A stretch of 64,000 nucleotides of DNA from Octopus sinensis (GCF_006345805.1 NC_043002.1:7688001-7752000); one strand, 5' to 3'. Counted from the stretch's first letter, positions 49,271-62,348 are shown. The notes: generated from the letters alone by a model not told the origin. Numbers and translations are program-made.

Positions 49271-50305
49271 CAGTAGTTTTATTTTTATTTTTATAGCGTG
49301 CTTTCACTTCACTACCGAGCGCAGCTCTGTGTGCCTTGGGTATGTGCTGTGATTTGTTGTGATGCTCTGATGGTTATTGTATGGAAAGTGTTCTGCGTAG
49401 GATGTGTGCAGTGCCTAGTAGTGCAATTTTCTGTATGTTATATGTGTTTGTAAGTCCTGGTGTTTTTGTTATGTATTTGTCTGAATATTTTTTTATCATG
49501 CCTAATGCTCCTACTATGATAGGAATTGTTTCTGTTTTCAGATTCCACATTCTAGTTACCTCTATTTCCAGTCTTTGTATTTTGAGAGTTTCTCCATTTC
49601 TTTTAGAGACACGTTGTCATCTGCCGGTACTGATACATCAATTAGAAAGCATTTTTTTTCTTCATGGTCTCTGACAACTATATCTGGTCTGTTGGCCTTA
49701 ATTTCTCTATCTGTGTGTATCGGCATATCCCAGAGTATGGTTGCTTTCTCGTTTTCTGTGACCTTTTCTGGTGTGTGCCTATACCATCTTTTTTCTGTTG
49801 TTATTCCATAATGTTGGCATAGCTTCCAATGTATGTAAGTTCCAACTCTGTCATGTCTGTGAATATATTCCTTCTTAGCCAGGACTGGGCAGCTAGAGAT
49901 AATATGATTTATTGTTTCTTGTCCATCTCCACATATTCTGCAGTTACTTGTAATATTTTCTTTCATTACATGTTTTTGGTAATTTCTGGTGGGGAGGCTT
50001 TGGTCTTGTGATGCAATTAAAAATCCCTCTGTTTCTGCTTTGAGTCCTGAGCTTCTCAACCATTGCTGGGATTTTTCTTTGTCTATTTCTTTTGCGTTTA
50101 GTTTAGTCCAGTATTTACCATGAAGGGGCTTTTCTTGCCATCGTTTTATCATGGCTCGTTGCTGTTCTATTTTTAGTTTGGATTTCATTTTTTTTATAGC
50201 TTTTGTTGTTTCTTCATCTTCTTCTTCTTCTTCTTCATGTTTATTAGGTGGTATGATTTCTTGTTTGTATTTGTCAGCTTCCTTAAATACTGAGAACAGT
50301 TTTTT
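49271..50305 (-). mobile_element. R4/Dong-type non-LTR retrotransposon, 5'-truncated (CCHC plus restriction-like endonuclease, 3' UTR)
   Basis: KPLHGKY...LKAETEGFLIASQDQSLPTRNY; CRICGDGQETINHIISSC; ILWDMPIHTD...NRPDIVV...LIDVSVP..KE.EKLSKYKD. One frameshift at ~49570, stop at 49374-49376, (AAT)n on both sides. Confidence 0.92.
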
Positions 50306-50337
50306 GTTTATTATTTTTATTATTATTATTATTATTA

Positions 50338-50383
<46 letters not shown>

Positions 50384-50784
50384 TATAATCCTGATAATAT
50401 TGTTAGCAGTGGTGGTACTCACAATGAAGTGTTAATGTAAAAAGTGCTCCATATAGTTGATATTGGTCGTTTTGATTATAGCATTACAATAAAGAATGCT
50501 GGTGTGGAATTAAGGTATTTTGAGGGAGATTTGGCAGATTTTGAGGGAGATAGATTTTGAGGGATATTTGGCAGAGAAGTTATTTGAAGAAGACTAGAGA
50601 GAATGTTAGCTTAGCTTAAATAATGAAGAAAACAGCATAAATTATGTTGATGATAAATGCCTCTGTTAATTTTGTTAATGTTTGAGAAATCGATCAAATC
50701 GACTCCCTCCATCTCCTCAAAAGTGCTGGTCTTGTGTGCCAAAATTAGAAAGGATTATTATTATTATTATTATTATTATTATTG

Positions 50785-50840
<56 letters not shown>

Positions 50841-51399
50841 GAGTGAGAGAGCAGTGCATGACATCAAAGTGACACTAGGGTAAAATATACGAAGCCCAAT
50901 ATACCCGTCATGACTACCCATCTGATAAAGGTGCACCAGGCACATGCATCACAACCATATATGTGCGTGACATGGTGATCTTATATCAAGATAAACAGCA
51001 CATGACCTTGCAGGTGGGCCCAGTTAGAATTTTCTTCTGGTCGAGTAACCCATCCCGCTCAAAAGGTCCCTGAATAAGGGTTGTTTAAGGATGTTGAACG
51101 AAACACCCATGTTTCCAGAGGTGAATTATTCAAACCTCTAAGAATCCCTCTCAACACATGGCTATGATGTTCCCCCACTATTTCTGCTCGTGATCAGAGA
51201 TGCAAATATCATGAGCCACCAAGGGACATGCTCAACTGGTTAAGGTCAAACAACTGACAAGAGTAAATCTATGGTATTGAGCAGAATATTTGTTGTAACC
51301 CATCTTTTATACCAAGACAAAACAATGTACGTGATAACACTTCCAATCAATTAAGGCCTGAAGCCACGAGAGCCACTGACTGGTACTGCATCAGGGCAT
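50841..51399 (-). mobile_element. Non-coding element D, longest copy (~560 bp), flanked by (AAT)n on both sides
   Basis: Minus strand: (AAT)n-ATGCCCTGATGCAGTACC...GCACTGCTCTCTCACTC-(AAT)n. No tRNA head and no ORF recognised. Confidence 0.85.
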
Positions 51400-51400
51400 A

Positions 51401-51459
<59 letters not shown>

Positions 51460-51500
51460 CATCATCATCATCATCATCATCATCATTATCATCATCGTCG

Positions 51501-51548
<48 letters not shown>

Positions 51549-51561
51549 CTATTATTATCAA

Positions 51562-51900
51562 GGCAGAATCGTTAGCACGCCGGGCGAAATGCGTAGCCGT
51601 ATTTCGTCTGCCGCTACGTTCTGAATTCAAACTCCGCTGAGGTCGACTTTGCCTTTCATCCTTTCGGGGTCGATGTAATCGACTAGTCCCCCCACCCTTA
51701 CACCTATAGTAGAAGGGATTAATATTATTATTAAGGCGGTGATTTGGTAAAAATCCTTAGCGCGTCTGGCAAAATGCTTAGCGACATTCCTTGCGACTCA
51801 CATCGGGGGCAACGTTGCTTTCGTTCTTTGGAGATCCCTAAAATCAAGCACCAGTTGAGTTTTGAGGTCAATGTAATCCGCTTGTCCTTCTAAAATTATT
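51562..51900 (+). mobile_element. Two adjacent SINE-B copies (second degenerate)
   Basis: GGCAGAATCGTTAGCACGCCGGGCGAAATG...CTTTGCCTTTCATCC. Confidence 0.7.
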
Positions 51901-52227
51901 AGAAAATCACTAGACCAGTACCTGTTACTATTGCTATTTTTCGTTGAACAGTGTTGATATTTATGATCTTGTGGCTTACTCCCAACGTTCCATCAATAAA
52001 TGATCCTATCGCTTTTTTTTTCAGTCATAGTACACCTAAGAGTACATAATCCAATCTGCCTTAACTTTTAAACCAGAGAAATGGTATTTAGGGACATTTG
52101 ACTTCTGTGTTTAGCAGGTCTAAAGATAGTGTAAATACTGTATTACTAGTTCATACCTATCGTCGTCGTCGTTGTTGTTGTTGTTGCTGCTGTTGTTGCT
52201 ACTGCTACTGCTACTGATGCTGATGCT

Positions 52228-52605
52228 TGTTTGTTTGTTTGTTTGTTGAGCGACGCGGTCTTCGACCAAGAGTGGGAGAAATCCGAAACGTGGTCCTTTG
52301 CTATTCGTAAGACCCGCAGAAGAGAAAGCAGGTCAACCCCCGACACCGAGAGCAGCGACGGATGGATGAATGCGCATCCAGGCTCAGCGGTTGCGTAGGA
52401 AGTCGGAGACAAGAAACAGGAAAAAGGAGTGAGAGAAAGTTGGAGCGAACGAGTACAACAGGGGTCGCCACCACCCCCTGCCGGAGCATCGTGGAGCTTT
52501 AGGTGTTTTCGCTCAATAAACACACACAACGCCCGGTCTGGGAATCGAAACCGCGATCCTCCGACCGCGAGCCCGCTGCCCTAACCACTGGGCCATTGCG
52601 CCTCC
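52228..52605 (-). mobile_element. SINE family A, full length (tail type 3)
   Basis: Reverse complement of GGAGGCGCAATGGCCCAGTGG...CGCTCAACAAACAAAC. Confidence 0.9.
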
Positions 52606-52761
52606 ACTTGCTGCTGCTGCTGTTGTTGTCTTTGTCGATTAGTCCTAGTACAACCCTGATCAACCAGACCTATGATAATTTCAGCTGTGGTCATCTGGTT
52701 CTTTCTTAATCACATTGCACTGAGCACAACACCGCGCACTATGTCCTCATTTAAAGGTGGC

Positions 52762-52925
52762 AGAGTTCAAATCCCGCCGAAGTCGACTTTGCCTTTCATC
52801 CTTTCGGGGTCGATAAATTAAGTACCACTTACGCACTGGGGTCGATGTAATCGACTTAATACCTATGTCTGTCCTTGTTTGTCCCCTCTATGTTTAGCCC
52901 CTTGTGGGTAATAAAGAAATAGGTA
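52762..52925 (+). mobile_element. SINE family B, head-truncated, Tx1-like tail
   Basis: ...GTCCCCTCTATGTTTAGCCCCTTGTGGGTAATAAAGAAATAGGTA. Confidence 0.85.
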
Positions 52926-53039
52926 CTCTTTGAGGAAGACCTGTCAACTATTTCTACAGACTGCATACAGGAATTTCTCATTGACATTCATATCTGTGTT
53001 GATGATGATGATGTTGATCGAGCGCAGGCGAGAGTGTGT

Positions 53040-53462
53040 AGTAATAGTTTTGCTTCCCAACCCCATGGCTCCGGGTTCAGCCCTACTGTGTGGCATGTTG
53101 GACAAGTGCCTTCTATAGCCTCAGCCGATCAAAGCCTTGTGATTGGATCTCGTTGACAGAAACTGAAAGAAGCTCGCCATATATGTGTGAGTGTGTGTAG
53201 GTGCGCATGTGTATGTATATATATATGTGTGTATGTCTTTGTGTCTAGGTTTGTCCCCCACCACCGCGTGACAACCGGTGTTGGTTCATTTACGTTCCTG
53301 TAACTTAACAGTTCGACAAAAGCCGCCGATAGAATAAGTACTAGGCTTTATAATAACAAAAATAATAAGCATTAGGGTCGATTCGTTCGGCTAAAATTCC
53401 TCAGGACGGTGCCCCAGCATGACCACAGTCTATTGACTGAAACAAGTAAAAGATTAAAGATA
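53040..53462 (+). mobile_element. SINE family C, diverged
   Basis: CCCATGGCTCCGGGTTCAGCCCTAC...GGACAAGTGCC...GGTGCCCCAGCATGACCACAGTC. Confidence 0.75.
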
Positions 53463-53465
53463 ATA

Positions 53466-53536
<71 letters not shown>

Positions 53537-53546
53537 TAATAATAAT

Positions 53547-53864
53547 ATGTGTTGAGAGAGATTCTTTGGGGTTTGAATAATTCACCTCTGGAAACATAGG
53601 TGTTTCGTTCAACATCCTTTAACAACCCTTATTCAGGCACCTTTTGAGCAGGATGGGTTACTCGACCAGAAGAAAATTCTAACTGGGCCCCACCTGCAAG
53701 GTCATGTGCTGTTTATCTTGATATAAGATCACCATGTCGCACACACATGGTTATGATGCATGTGCCTGGCGTACCCTTATCAGACGGGTAGTCATGATGG
53801 GTATACTGGGCTTCGTATATTTTACCCCAGTGTCACTTTGATGGCATGCACTACTCTCTCACTC
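53547..53864 (+). mobile_element. Non-coding element D, 5'-truncated, flanked by (AAT)n
   Basis: Reverse complement of 50841-51160. Confidence 0.85.
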
Positions 53865-53880
53865 AATGATAATAATAATA

Positions 53881-53922
<42 letters not shown>

Positions 53923-53953
53923 TAATAATAATGATGATGTGATGATGATGATG

Positions 53954-53988
<35 letters not shown>

Positions 53989-54023
53989 TAATAATAATAA
54001 TATAATAATAATAATAATAATAA

Positions 54024-54888
54024 GCTGTAACTGAAGGAGAAAATGTAACGATTCTGTGGGACTTTCCAGTACATACAGACCGAACCATCAAGGCCAATAA
54101 ACCAGATATGGTTGTGAAAGACCAAAACAATAAAGTTTGCTTATTGATCGACATGAGCATCCTCTGTGATCATAATATCTCGGCGAAAGAGTTTGACAAG
54201 CTCAGAAAATATAAAGACCTGCTCATTGAAATTGAGAAAATGTCGCATCTCAAGGCGGTTACAATACCAGTGATCGTAGGAGCACTAGGAATGATCAAGA
54301 AGGGAACCGAAAATTATATGAGAATGATCCCTGGCTTACCATCCCTGCAAGAAGTGCAAAAGATTGTCTTAACTGGTACATCACACGTATTGAGAAGAGC
54401 ATTGTCGATGTGAGAACTATTACTATCCATGTATTTTAATTTAACTTTATTTCTATAAAAAAAAAAAAAATGAACGATCTTCCGAGGCCCACAGCTCTTC
54501 AATATGCTCCCGAAGAACCTAAGAGACCTGCATGGGGTGGATGCAGATGTCTTTAAAATGAAACTGGATCTCTTCTTGTCAGGTGTCCCAGATGACCAAC
54601 TTCACGGCAGGAGGTGCAGATGAGGGCAGCTGCATCGAACTCTCTCATGGACCAAATGGCAATTGCTAAAAAGCATTCGTGAAGTAAAATCATGTAGCAA
54701 CACCAAATGGCGGTGCCCCAGCATGGCCACAGCTTGTGAGCTGAAACCAGATAAATAAATAAAAACTTAAAAACTAGTGAGTTTAGTTTAATGGCCTACC
54801 AATGTATACTATGAGTTTCTTTGTCCTAGGAGTCGGGAAGACACTCGGCAAGAAATGGAAGCAAATTTGAAAGAAGACGAAAAACCCA
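54024..54888 (+). mobile_element. R4/Dong-type LINE 3' end (second family) with a CR1-like fragment inserted in the 3' UTR
   Basis: ILWDFPVHTDRTIKANKPDMVV...LIDMS...KYKDL...IVGALG...GTSHVLRRALSM*. (AAT)n on both sides. Confidence 0.9.
54472..54765 (+). mobile_element. CR1/L2-group LINE 3' end
   Basis: RGPQLFNMLPKNLRDLHGVDADVFKMKLDLFLSGVPD. Tail GGCGGTGCCCCAGCATGGCCACAGC...(AAAT)n. Confidence 0.8.
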
Positions 54889-54937
54889 TAATAATAATAA
54901 TAATAATAATGATATGATGATGATGATAATAATAATA

Positions 54938-54999
<62 letters not shown>

Positions 55000-55862
55000 G
55001 CTGTAACTGAAGGAGAAAATGTAACGATTCTGTGGGACTTTCCAGTACATACAGACCGAACCATCAAGGCCAATAAACCAGATATGGTGTGAAAGACCAA
55101 AACAATAAAGTTTGCTTATTGATCGACATGAGCATCCTCTGTGATCATAATATCTCGGCGAAAGAGTTTGACAGCTCAGAAAATATAAAGACCTGCTCAT
55201 TGAAATTGAGAAAATGTCGCATCTCAAGGCGGTTACAATACCAGTGATCGTAGGAGCACTAGGAATGATCAAGAGGGAACCGAAAATTATATGAGAATGA
55301 TCCCTGGCTTACCATCCCTGCAAGAAGTGCAAAAGATTGTCTTAACTGGTACATCACACGTATTGAGAAGAGCATTGTCGATGTGAGAACTATTACTATC
55401 CATGTATTTTAATTTAACTTTATTTCTATAAAAAAAAAAAAAATGAACGATCTTCCGAGGCCCACAGCTCTTCAATATGCTCCCGAAGAACCTAAGAGAC
55501 CTGCATGGGGTGGATGCAGATGTCTTTAAAATGAAACTGGATCTCTTCTTGTCAGGTGTCCCAGATGAACCAACTTCACGGCAGGAGGTGCAGATGAGGG
55601 CAGCTGCATCGAACTCTCTCATGGACCAAATGGCAATTGCTAAAAAGCATTCGTGAAGTAAAATCATGTAGCAACACCAAATGGCGGTGCCCCAGCATGG
55701 CCACAGCTTGTGAGCTGAAACCAGATAAATAAATAAAAACTTAAAAACTAGTGAGTTTAGTTTAATGGCCTACCAATGTATACTATGAGTTTCTTTGTCC
55801 TAGGAGTCGGGAAGACACTCGGCAAGAAATGGAAGCAAATTTGAAAGAAGACGAAAAACCCA
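55000..55862 (+). repeat. Tandem duplicate of 54024-54888 (period ~976 bp)
   Basis: Essentially identical apart from single-base indels. Confidence 0.9.
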
Positions 55863-55885
55863 TAATAATAATAATAATAATAATG

Positions 55886-55950
<65 letters not shown>

Positions 55951-56329
55951 GCAACAACAACATAATAATAATTGTTGTGATGATGATGTCGCTATTGGTA
56001 CCCGTATATTGTACGTTATTGCTGAAGCGATTGGTTATTAATGTGTAGTATTGTTGTTTCAGGTTAAAATGGCGATTATATTTATGCTTGCGGTTGAATT
56101 TGTTGTAATTCGTGTTGATAAATGATAGAGCTGTTGCTGGTATTGTTACCAGTATTGGTGGTAGCGCTGTAGTAGTCGTCGTAATGGCTGTGGGCGTGTG
56201 TGGTGAGTGGTTGATAGCAATGGCGCTGATCGTGGCGTTGGTAGTAGTGTTGTTGTTGTTGTTGGTTTAATAGTGACGAAGTGGCGGAGTTAGTAGTTAT
56301 GGCTTTGATGGTGCTTTTGCTGACGCTGG

Positions 56330-56371
56330 TGATGGTGGAGGAGGTAGTTGCTGTTATTGTTGTTGTTGGTG

Positions 56372-56403
<32 letters not shown>

Positions 56404-56607
56404 GGTGGTGGTGGCGAGGCCGGGGCTGATGGCAGAGCAACAATTGGGTCAGTGTGTAATGGATGATGTCAATGGCGTTATCTTCCGTTTGTTCAGTGAG
56501 GCATGACACGAAGGACTGCGCTTCTGCTCCCTAGGCCAGAGAGAGAATGTATATTTCCTAGAAATATTCACTTGTCACACGCACACACACACACACACAC
56601 ACACACG

Positions 56608-56649
<42 letters not shown>

Positions 56650-57055
56650 ACGCACACACACAAACACACACGCGCGCACACAGTAGTTATAAGTGCCATA
56701 GTCAGACGCACGAAATAAATAGATAAACAGATAAATATAAAACATATAAAACCACATTGGATTGAATGGCCGCGCTGAACGGAATAGCAACAATGGTGGC
56801 AATGTTGGTGATGGGTAGTGGTTTGCATGCGTGTAAAATTATGTATATGTTCGCAATTGTATATACGCGCGTGTGTGTGTGTGTGTGTATGTTGTGCGTA
56901 TATGTGTAAATTGTTTTCAAGATACATCTATACAGCTCATCTTTCGCCCCCCTCTCTCTCTCTATCCATCTATCTATCTATCTATCTATTTACCTATCTA
57001 TCTATTTATCTATCTATCTATATCTATATCTATCTCTCTCTATCTCTCTCTCTCT

Positions 57056-57138
<83 letters not shown>

Positions 57139-57167
57139 TATACATCTATCTATCTATTTATCTATCA

Positions 57168-57262
<95 letters not shown>

Positions 57263-57356
57263 ATATATATATACATGCATACTTACATACATAGGCACAC
57301 ATATGTATATGTACAAATATATATATTTATCTATCTATCTATTTATCTATCAATCT

Positions 57357-57393
<37 letters not shown>

Positions 57394-57705
57394 ATCTATC
57401 TATCTATCTATCTATATCTATCTATCTATCTATCTATCTATCCATATATATATATGTATATATATAGGCACACACATACAAACCAATTACGTGTATGTTT
57501 GTATGTGTGAGCATGTGTCTGTGTGTGTGTGTGTATGCGTATGATTTGCATGTATGTGTATGTATGTGAGTGCGTGCGTGTGTGTGTGTGTCTGTATGCT
57601 TGTATGTGTGTGATAGTGACTATTGTGTTGTTGGTAGTTACTCATTGCGATTCCAGTAGCTATTGACGCTCTTATTGCTACCTACAGATAGTGGAAAGTG
57701 ATGCC

Positions 57706-57767
<62 letters not shown>

Positions 57768-57822
57768 CAGCAGCAGCAGTAGTTGTAGTAGTAGTAGTAG
57801 TAGTAGTAGCAGCAGCAGCGGT

Positions 57823-57865
<43 letters not shown>

Positions 57866-58320
57866 TAGTAGTAGTAGTAGTAGTAGTAGTAGCTGCTGAT
57901 AATGATTTTGGAGAAATATTAGTGATGTTTGTAATAATGGAAGTGGTGATGATTGCCGGGGCTGGTGGAAGTTTTTTGTCAGTAAAGGTGTGTTTGGCAT
58001 AGGATTACAGACGTGTGTGTGTGTTTGTATGGACGTGTGTGGTGTGTGTCTGTGTATATGTTTGTTGTCCATGTGTGTGTATCATGCATAATGTTTGTAC
58101 GTTCATTTGTCTGTTTGTGTACGTATATATATATATATATATATATACATATGTGTGTATATGAGAGTTAAGGTTTTGTGTTTAGCGATGGTTTATACTG
58201 TTTGAATAGTGCTAGTGGTAGCCATGACGGTAATGGCGGCGGTTGTGATCGCGGTGGTGGTGGTGGTGGTGGTGGTGGTGGTGGTGGCGGTGGTGGTGGT
58301 GGTGGTGGTGTGTAACGACG
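56330..58320. repeat. Microsatellite-rich tract (GTT, GGT, CA, TATC, TA, GTA, GCA)
   Basis: Directly visible. Source of the poly-S/poly-P/poly-Y pseudo-ORFs. Confidence 0.9.
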
Positions 58321-58903
58321 CTTTCGAACTGCACAGGTGAGATGGAGGTGTGATATGCTGATGGTAATGGCAGTAGTGGTGGTTTCATAAGTGGTGGGCG
58401 ACATGATTGCAGGGGTTGGTGAAGTTTTGACGGAACAATGGTGTAATGATGTTGGCTAAGTTCGTGACAACGGTGTCAGGAGTGTCATTGTGTTTGTGTG
58501 AAGTTGAAGATGAGGCTGCAGTTTTGATGGTGGTTGTATGGAGTAGTAGTAGTAGTAGTAGTAACGGTTGGCGCTACTTCTAGTAGTGGTAGTAGTGGTG
58601 GTGGCGACTGACAACGGCGACGATGATTATGATGACGATGATGACGACGATAATGATAGTGGTAGTAGTAGCTAGAGTGCTATTGACTAAGCAACGAAGA
58701 AGCCTCTACGTGGACGTTTGAACTGCTAGAAATATCTCCTGCAATTGACAACTAGCCTTGAAATCACACTCTACCGTTTGGAAATGGATTCACTGGATAA
58801 TGTTGTCTTGTGCTCCTTCCATATGGGCTAGAGTGCCCATTATTGATCATAGGTCAATGCTGATCCGTAGAGGTAGCTGATGCTAATTAACAGCAACAGC
58901 AGT

Positions 58904-59027
58904 GGAGGCGCAATGGCCCAATGGTTAGAGCAGCGGACTCGCAGTCGGAGGATAGCGGTTTCCATTCCCAGACCGGGCGTTGGGTGTGTTTATTGAGCGA
59001 AAACACCTAAAGCTCCACGAGGCTCCG
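58904..59027 (+). mobile_element. SINE family A head and body only
   Basis: GGAGGCGCAATGGCCCAATGG...CTCCACGAGGCTCC. Confidence 0.85.
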
Positions 59028-59029
59028 CG

Positions 59030-59239
59030 AAAATCCCTGGAGAAGGACATCATGCTCGGAATGGTCAGTGGCAAGAGAGGAAGAGGCCGACCAGGAAACC
59101 GATAGGTTGACACCATCAAGAGTGATACGGGAATGGACATAGCCAATCTAAGAGAAGCGGCCCAGGATAGAACTGGCTCGAGGACGCTGATCCATCGAGT
59201 GACCGAGAGTCGACTTCCACTGAGCGGATAAAAAAAAAA
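59030..59239 (+). mobile_element. RTE (BovB-like) LINE C-terminus with A-tail
   Basis: SLEKDIMLGMVSGKRGRGRPGNR*VDTIKSDTG...LREAAQDR...RVTESR, stop at 59229-59231. Confidence 0.85.
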
Positions 59240-60434
59240 GGCGATTACATATTTGTTGAGAAAGTGTTACATGCTATTCAGTATTAAGGTATGATTATTG
59301 TTGCTGCTGCTGCTGTTTAGCTTCAAGAGTCCTACATTATCTAACATACCCTTACCTCCTTCTAACTATACCAGTCATGATTTGAGGAGCATTTGGTTAT
59401 TGCTTCTAGCAGATCGAGCCACCTTGGAGAGGATTTCTTCCTGTTTAACACTAGGTCAGATTCTGATCGGAGAGATGATTTATGGCCATCCTGCCCTTTT
59501 GTCAGGAATGCGTCTAAAGATACATTTGTAAAAAGTGTTCTCCCTCTTCTTTTGCACATCCTAGGGCTTGTAATTTCTGAGACATTTGTCTGCCATGCGA
59601 TTGTGTAGCGCGACCGAAAGATAGAAGAGTTCCTTTCTTTCCCAAAAGACCATTACACCTCTTTTGTTCGGGCATAGTACAAGTTGGATTACATAATCTA
59701 TCGTCAATCCTTAAACTAGGACAGCAGAGTATGGCTTTATAAAAAATTTGACTGCTACTCCTAGCAGGTCGAGTAAGTGGGAAGGGGCTACTTTATTGGT
59801 TAGTTGTTGTTGCAAAAGTTGTTGTTGTTGATATTTAATCACAAGTCAGCAACGATCGAGTAGACGTTCCAACTGTGACCATCTCGTGTTCTATCCAAAC
59901 ATTATCTACATCTTTTGTCTTTTAGTTTTTAAAGACAATAAAGTGGTGATTTGAGGGAGATTAAACTACTGTTTATAGCAAATCAATCAACCGCGAAGAA
60001 GAACCCTCATTGTCATGTTAGAAGATAGTAATGTGTTAGATAGAGGTTCGCTATTCAAGAAGAGTTGGAGTGTGATTGCCAGCGAAATGACAAATTACAA
60101 AAATATAACAAAAAAAGAAATCAGTTTTATGTCTCGCCCAGCCGCTAGCTATTTGCAGCTGTGAATGGAAATAGAGAGGAAAAAAAATAGTTATTGCATT
60201 AATCATAGTGCTGTTATTGGTGTTGGTGTTTTAACTACTACTGTTATTACTATTGTTGTTGTTGTTGTTGTGACTGTTGTTGCTGCTGGTGTTGTTGCTG
60301 TTGTGAATGATGTTATTGTTGTTATAGCAACTGTTGCTCTAAAACATGCAGGAGCCGTAGTAAATCTGTTATGTTTGTGATTTAGGAGTGAGTCAGCTAG
60401 ATTGTAGGCGGAGACGCTTTTAATCATTCATTAA

Positions 60435-60860
<426 letters not shown>

Positions 60861-61151
60861 TGTTTGTATATAGGAAGCCTACAATGGATCCCTAGCTCCA
60901 GCCTAGGTTGTGAACTTGGAACCTAACGCGCGACCAGTTATAGCACTTACGCAGCGTACCTATTGGTTTAGATCACCAGTGAACTAAACCCCTCATACTG
61001 TTTATATTATTTAAATTCGATTGGAGGTTGTGTTAACCTCACGAAGGGATGGGTTTTATCCCAGGAAATACTGGTTCAATACCTTGTATTTTGAGTAAAT
61101 TAATTTCCTTAAAATAATAGATATATATAAACATAAAGTTTACATTCATAT

Positions 61152-61548
61152 AAAAGAAGAAAAAGAAAATGGAGATTGGGAAGTTAATAATTGTTTATTA
61201 TTAACGGCAAATTAATCATCATCCTTTACAGCTGTTTCGATTAATAGTCAGTAAATATTACATTTATATCACCAAAGTATATCTTCAGAAAAAATATACC
61301 CTTGGATGTTTTATATATGTTTCTGGATTCTCTGCTATAATAAATTCATAAACACATAAAACATCCAAGGGCATATTCTTCCCCTCCGAAGATATCATGC
61401 TCAGGTCATATAAATTCAATATTTACTTAATATTTACTGATTATTAATTGGAACAGCTGTAAGGGATGATAATTAATATGCTGTTAATAATAAGCAAGTT
61501 TTAACTTCCCAATCTCCATTTACTTTTTTTTTTCTTTTTCTTTCTTTT
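61152..61548. mobile_element. Imperfect fold-back element with degenerate hammerhead motifs in both arms
   Basis: ATGGAGATTGGGAAGTTAA...TTAACTTCCCAATCTCCAT. Motifs at 61223-61292 (-) and 61382-61465 (+). Confidence 0.7.
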
Positions 61549-61635
61549 ATATATATATATATATACATATACATATACATACATACATACATACATTCAT
61601 ACATACATACATACATACATACATACATACATACA

Positions 61636-61664
<29 letters not shown>

Positions 61665-61668
<4 letters not shown>

Positions 61669-61837
61669 GAAAATTAAAGAAGGAAAATGCAGACACTTTA
61701 CATAGTTTCAATATATTTTTTAATATATCTTATATTGCGTTTCGCGAATACGAAACCGGTTGGCAAACACAATATAAAATATATTTTTAAATATATTAAC
61801 ACTATGTAAAGCGTGTGTATTTTCCTTCTTTAATTTT

Positions 61838-61844
<7 letters not shown>
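61665..61844. mobile_element. Fold-back element centred on CGTTTCG-CGAATA-CGAAAC-CGGTT
   Basis: GAAAATTAAAGAAGGAAAATG...ACTTTACATAGT is mirrored by ACTATGTAAAG...TTTTCCTTCTTTAATTTTC. Confidence 0.7.
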
Positions 61845-61890
<46 letters not shown>

Positions 61891-62314
61891 CAACTCACCA
61901 CGTGGGCAGAATCGAAATTCGTTCTCCTTTGTTACTATATATATATAGGATCAGGACATCACCGACGGTTCAGACATCATTATGAAATACTTGAACAAAC
62001 GGGTTAAATACATAAACGACAAAAGAATGGAGAACAGGACAAGTAAAGACAGAGAAAGAGCTCTCCATCAGTTGTTGGTTGTCTATCTACTCCTCATTTC
62101 GAGCATTCAACGACAATATGAGTCATCAGACACAGCTGCCCCACTAAATTCTAAAATAATATTCAGTACTTATGGAAGGTCAAAACTGGGAACAAAAACA
62201 GGACAGTGGAGACATACAGGGAAACCGACGTTATATATAATATATATACATACTATATATTATTTACTATTTATTATTTTATTGAACACCACGCATCCAT
62301 TTCCAAGTACACAA

Positions 62315-62348
<34 letters not shown>

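Noticed and set aside
57691-58404. Poly-Ser and poly-Pro ORFs
   Set aside because: (AGT/AGC)n and (GGT)n microsatellites.
62075-62135. Minus-strand CUGAUGA...CUCGAAAU...GUA
   Set aside because: Stem I and the base of stem II do not pair; too degenerate to call.
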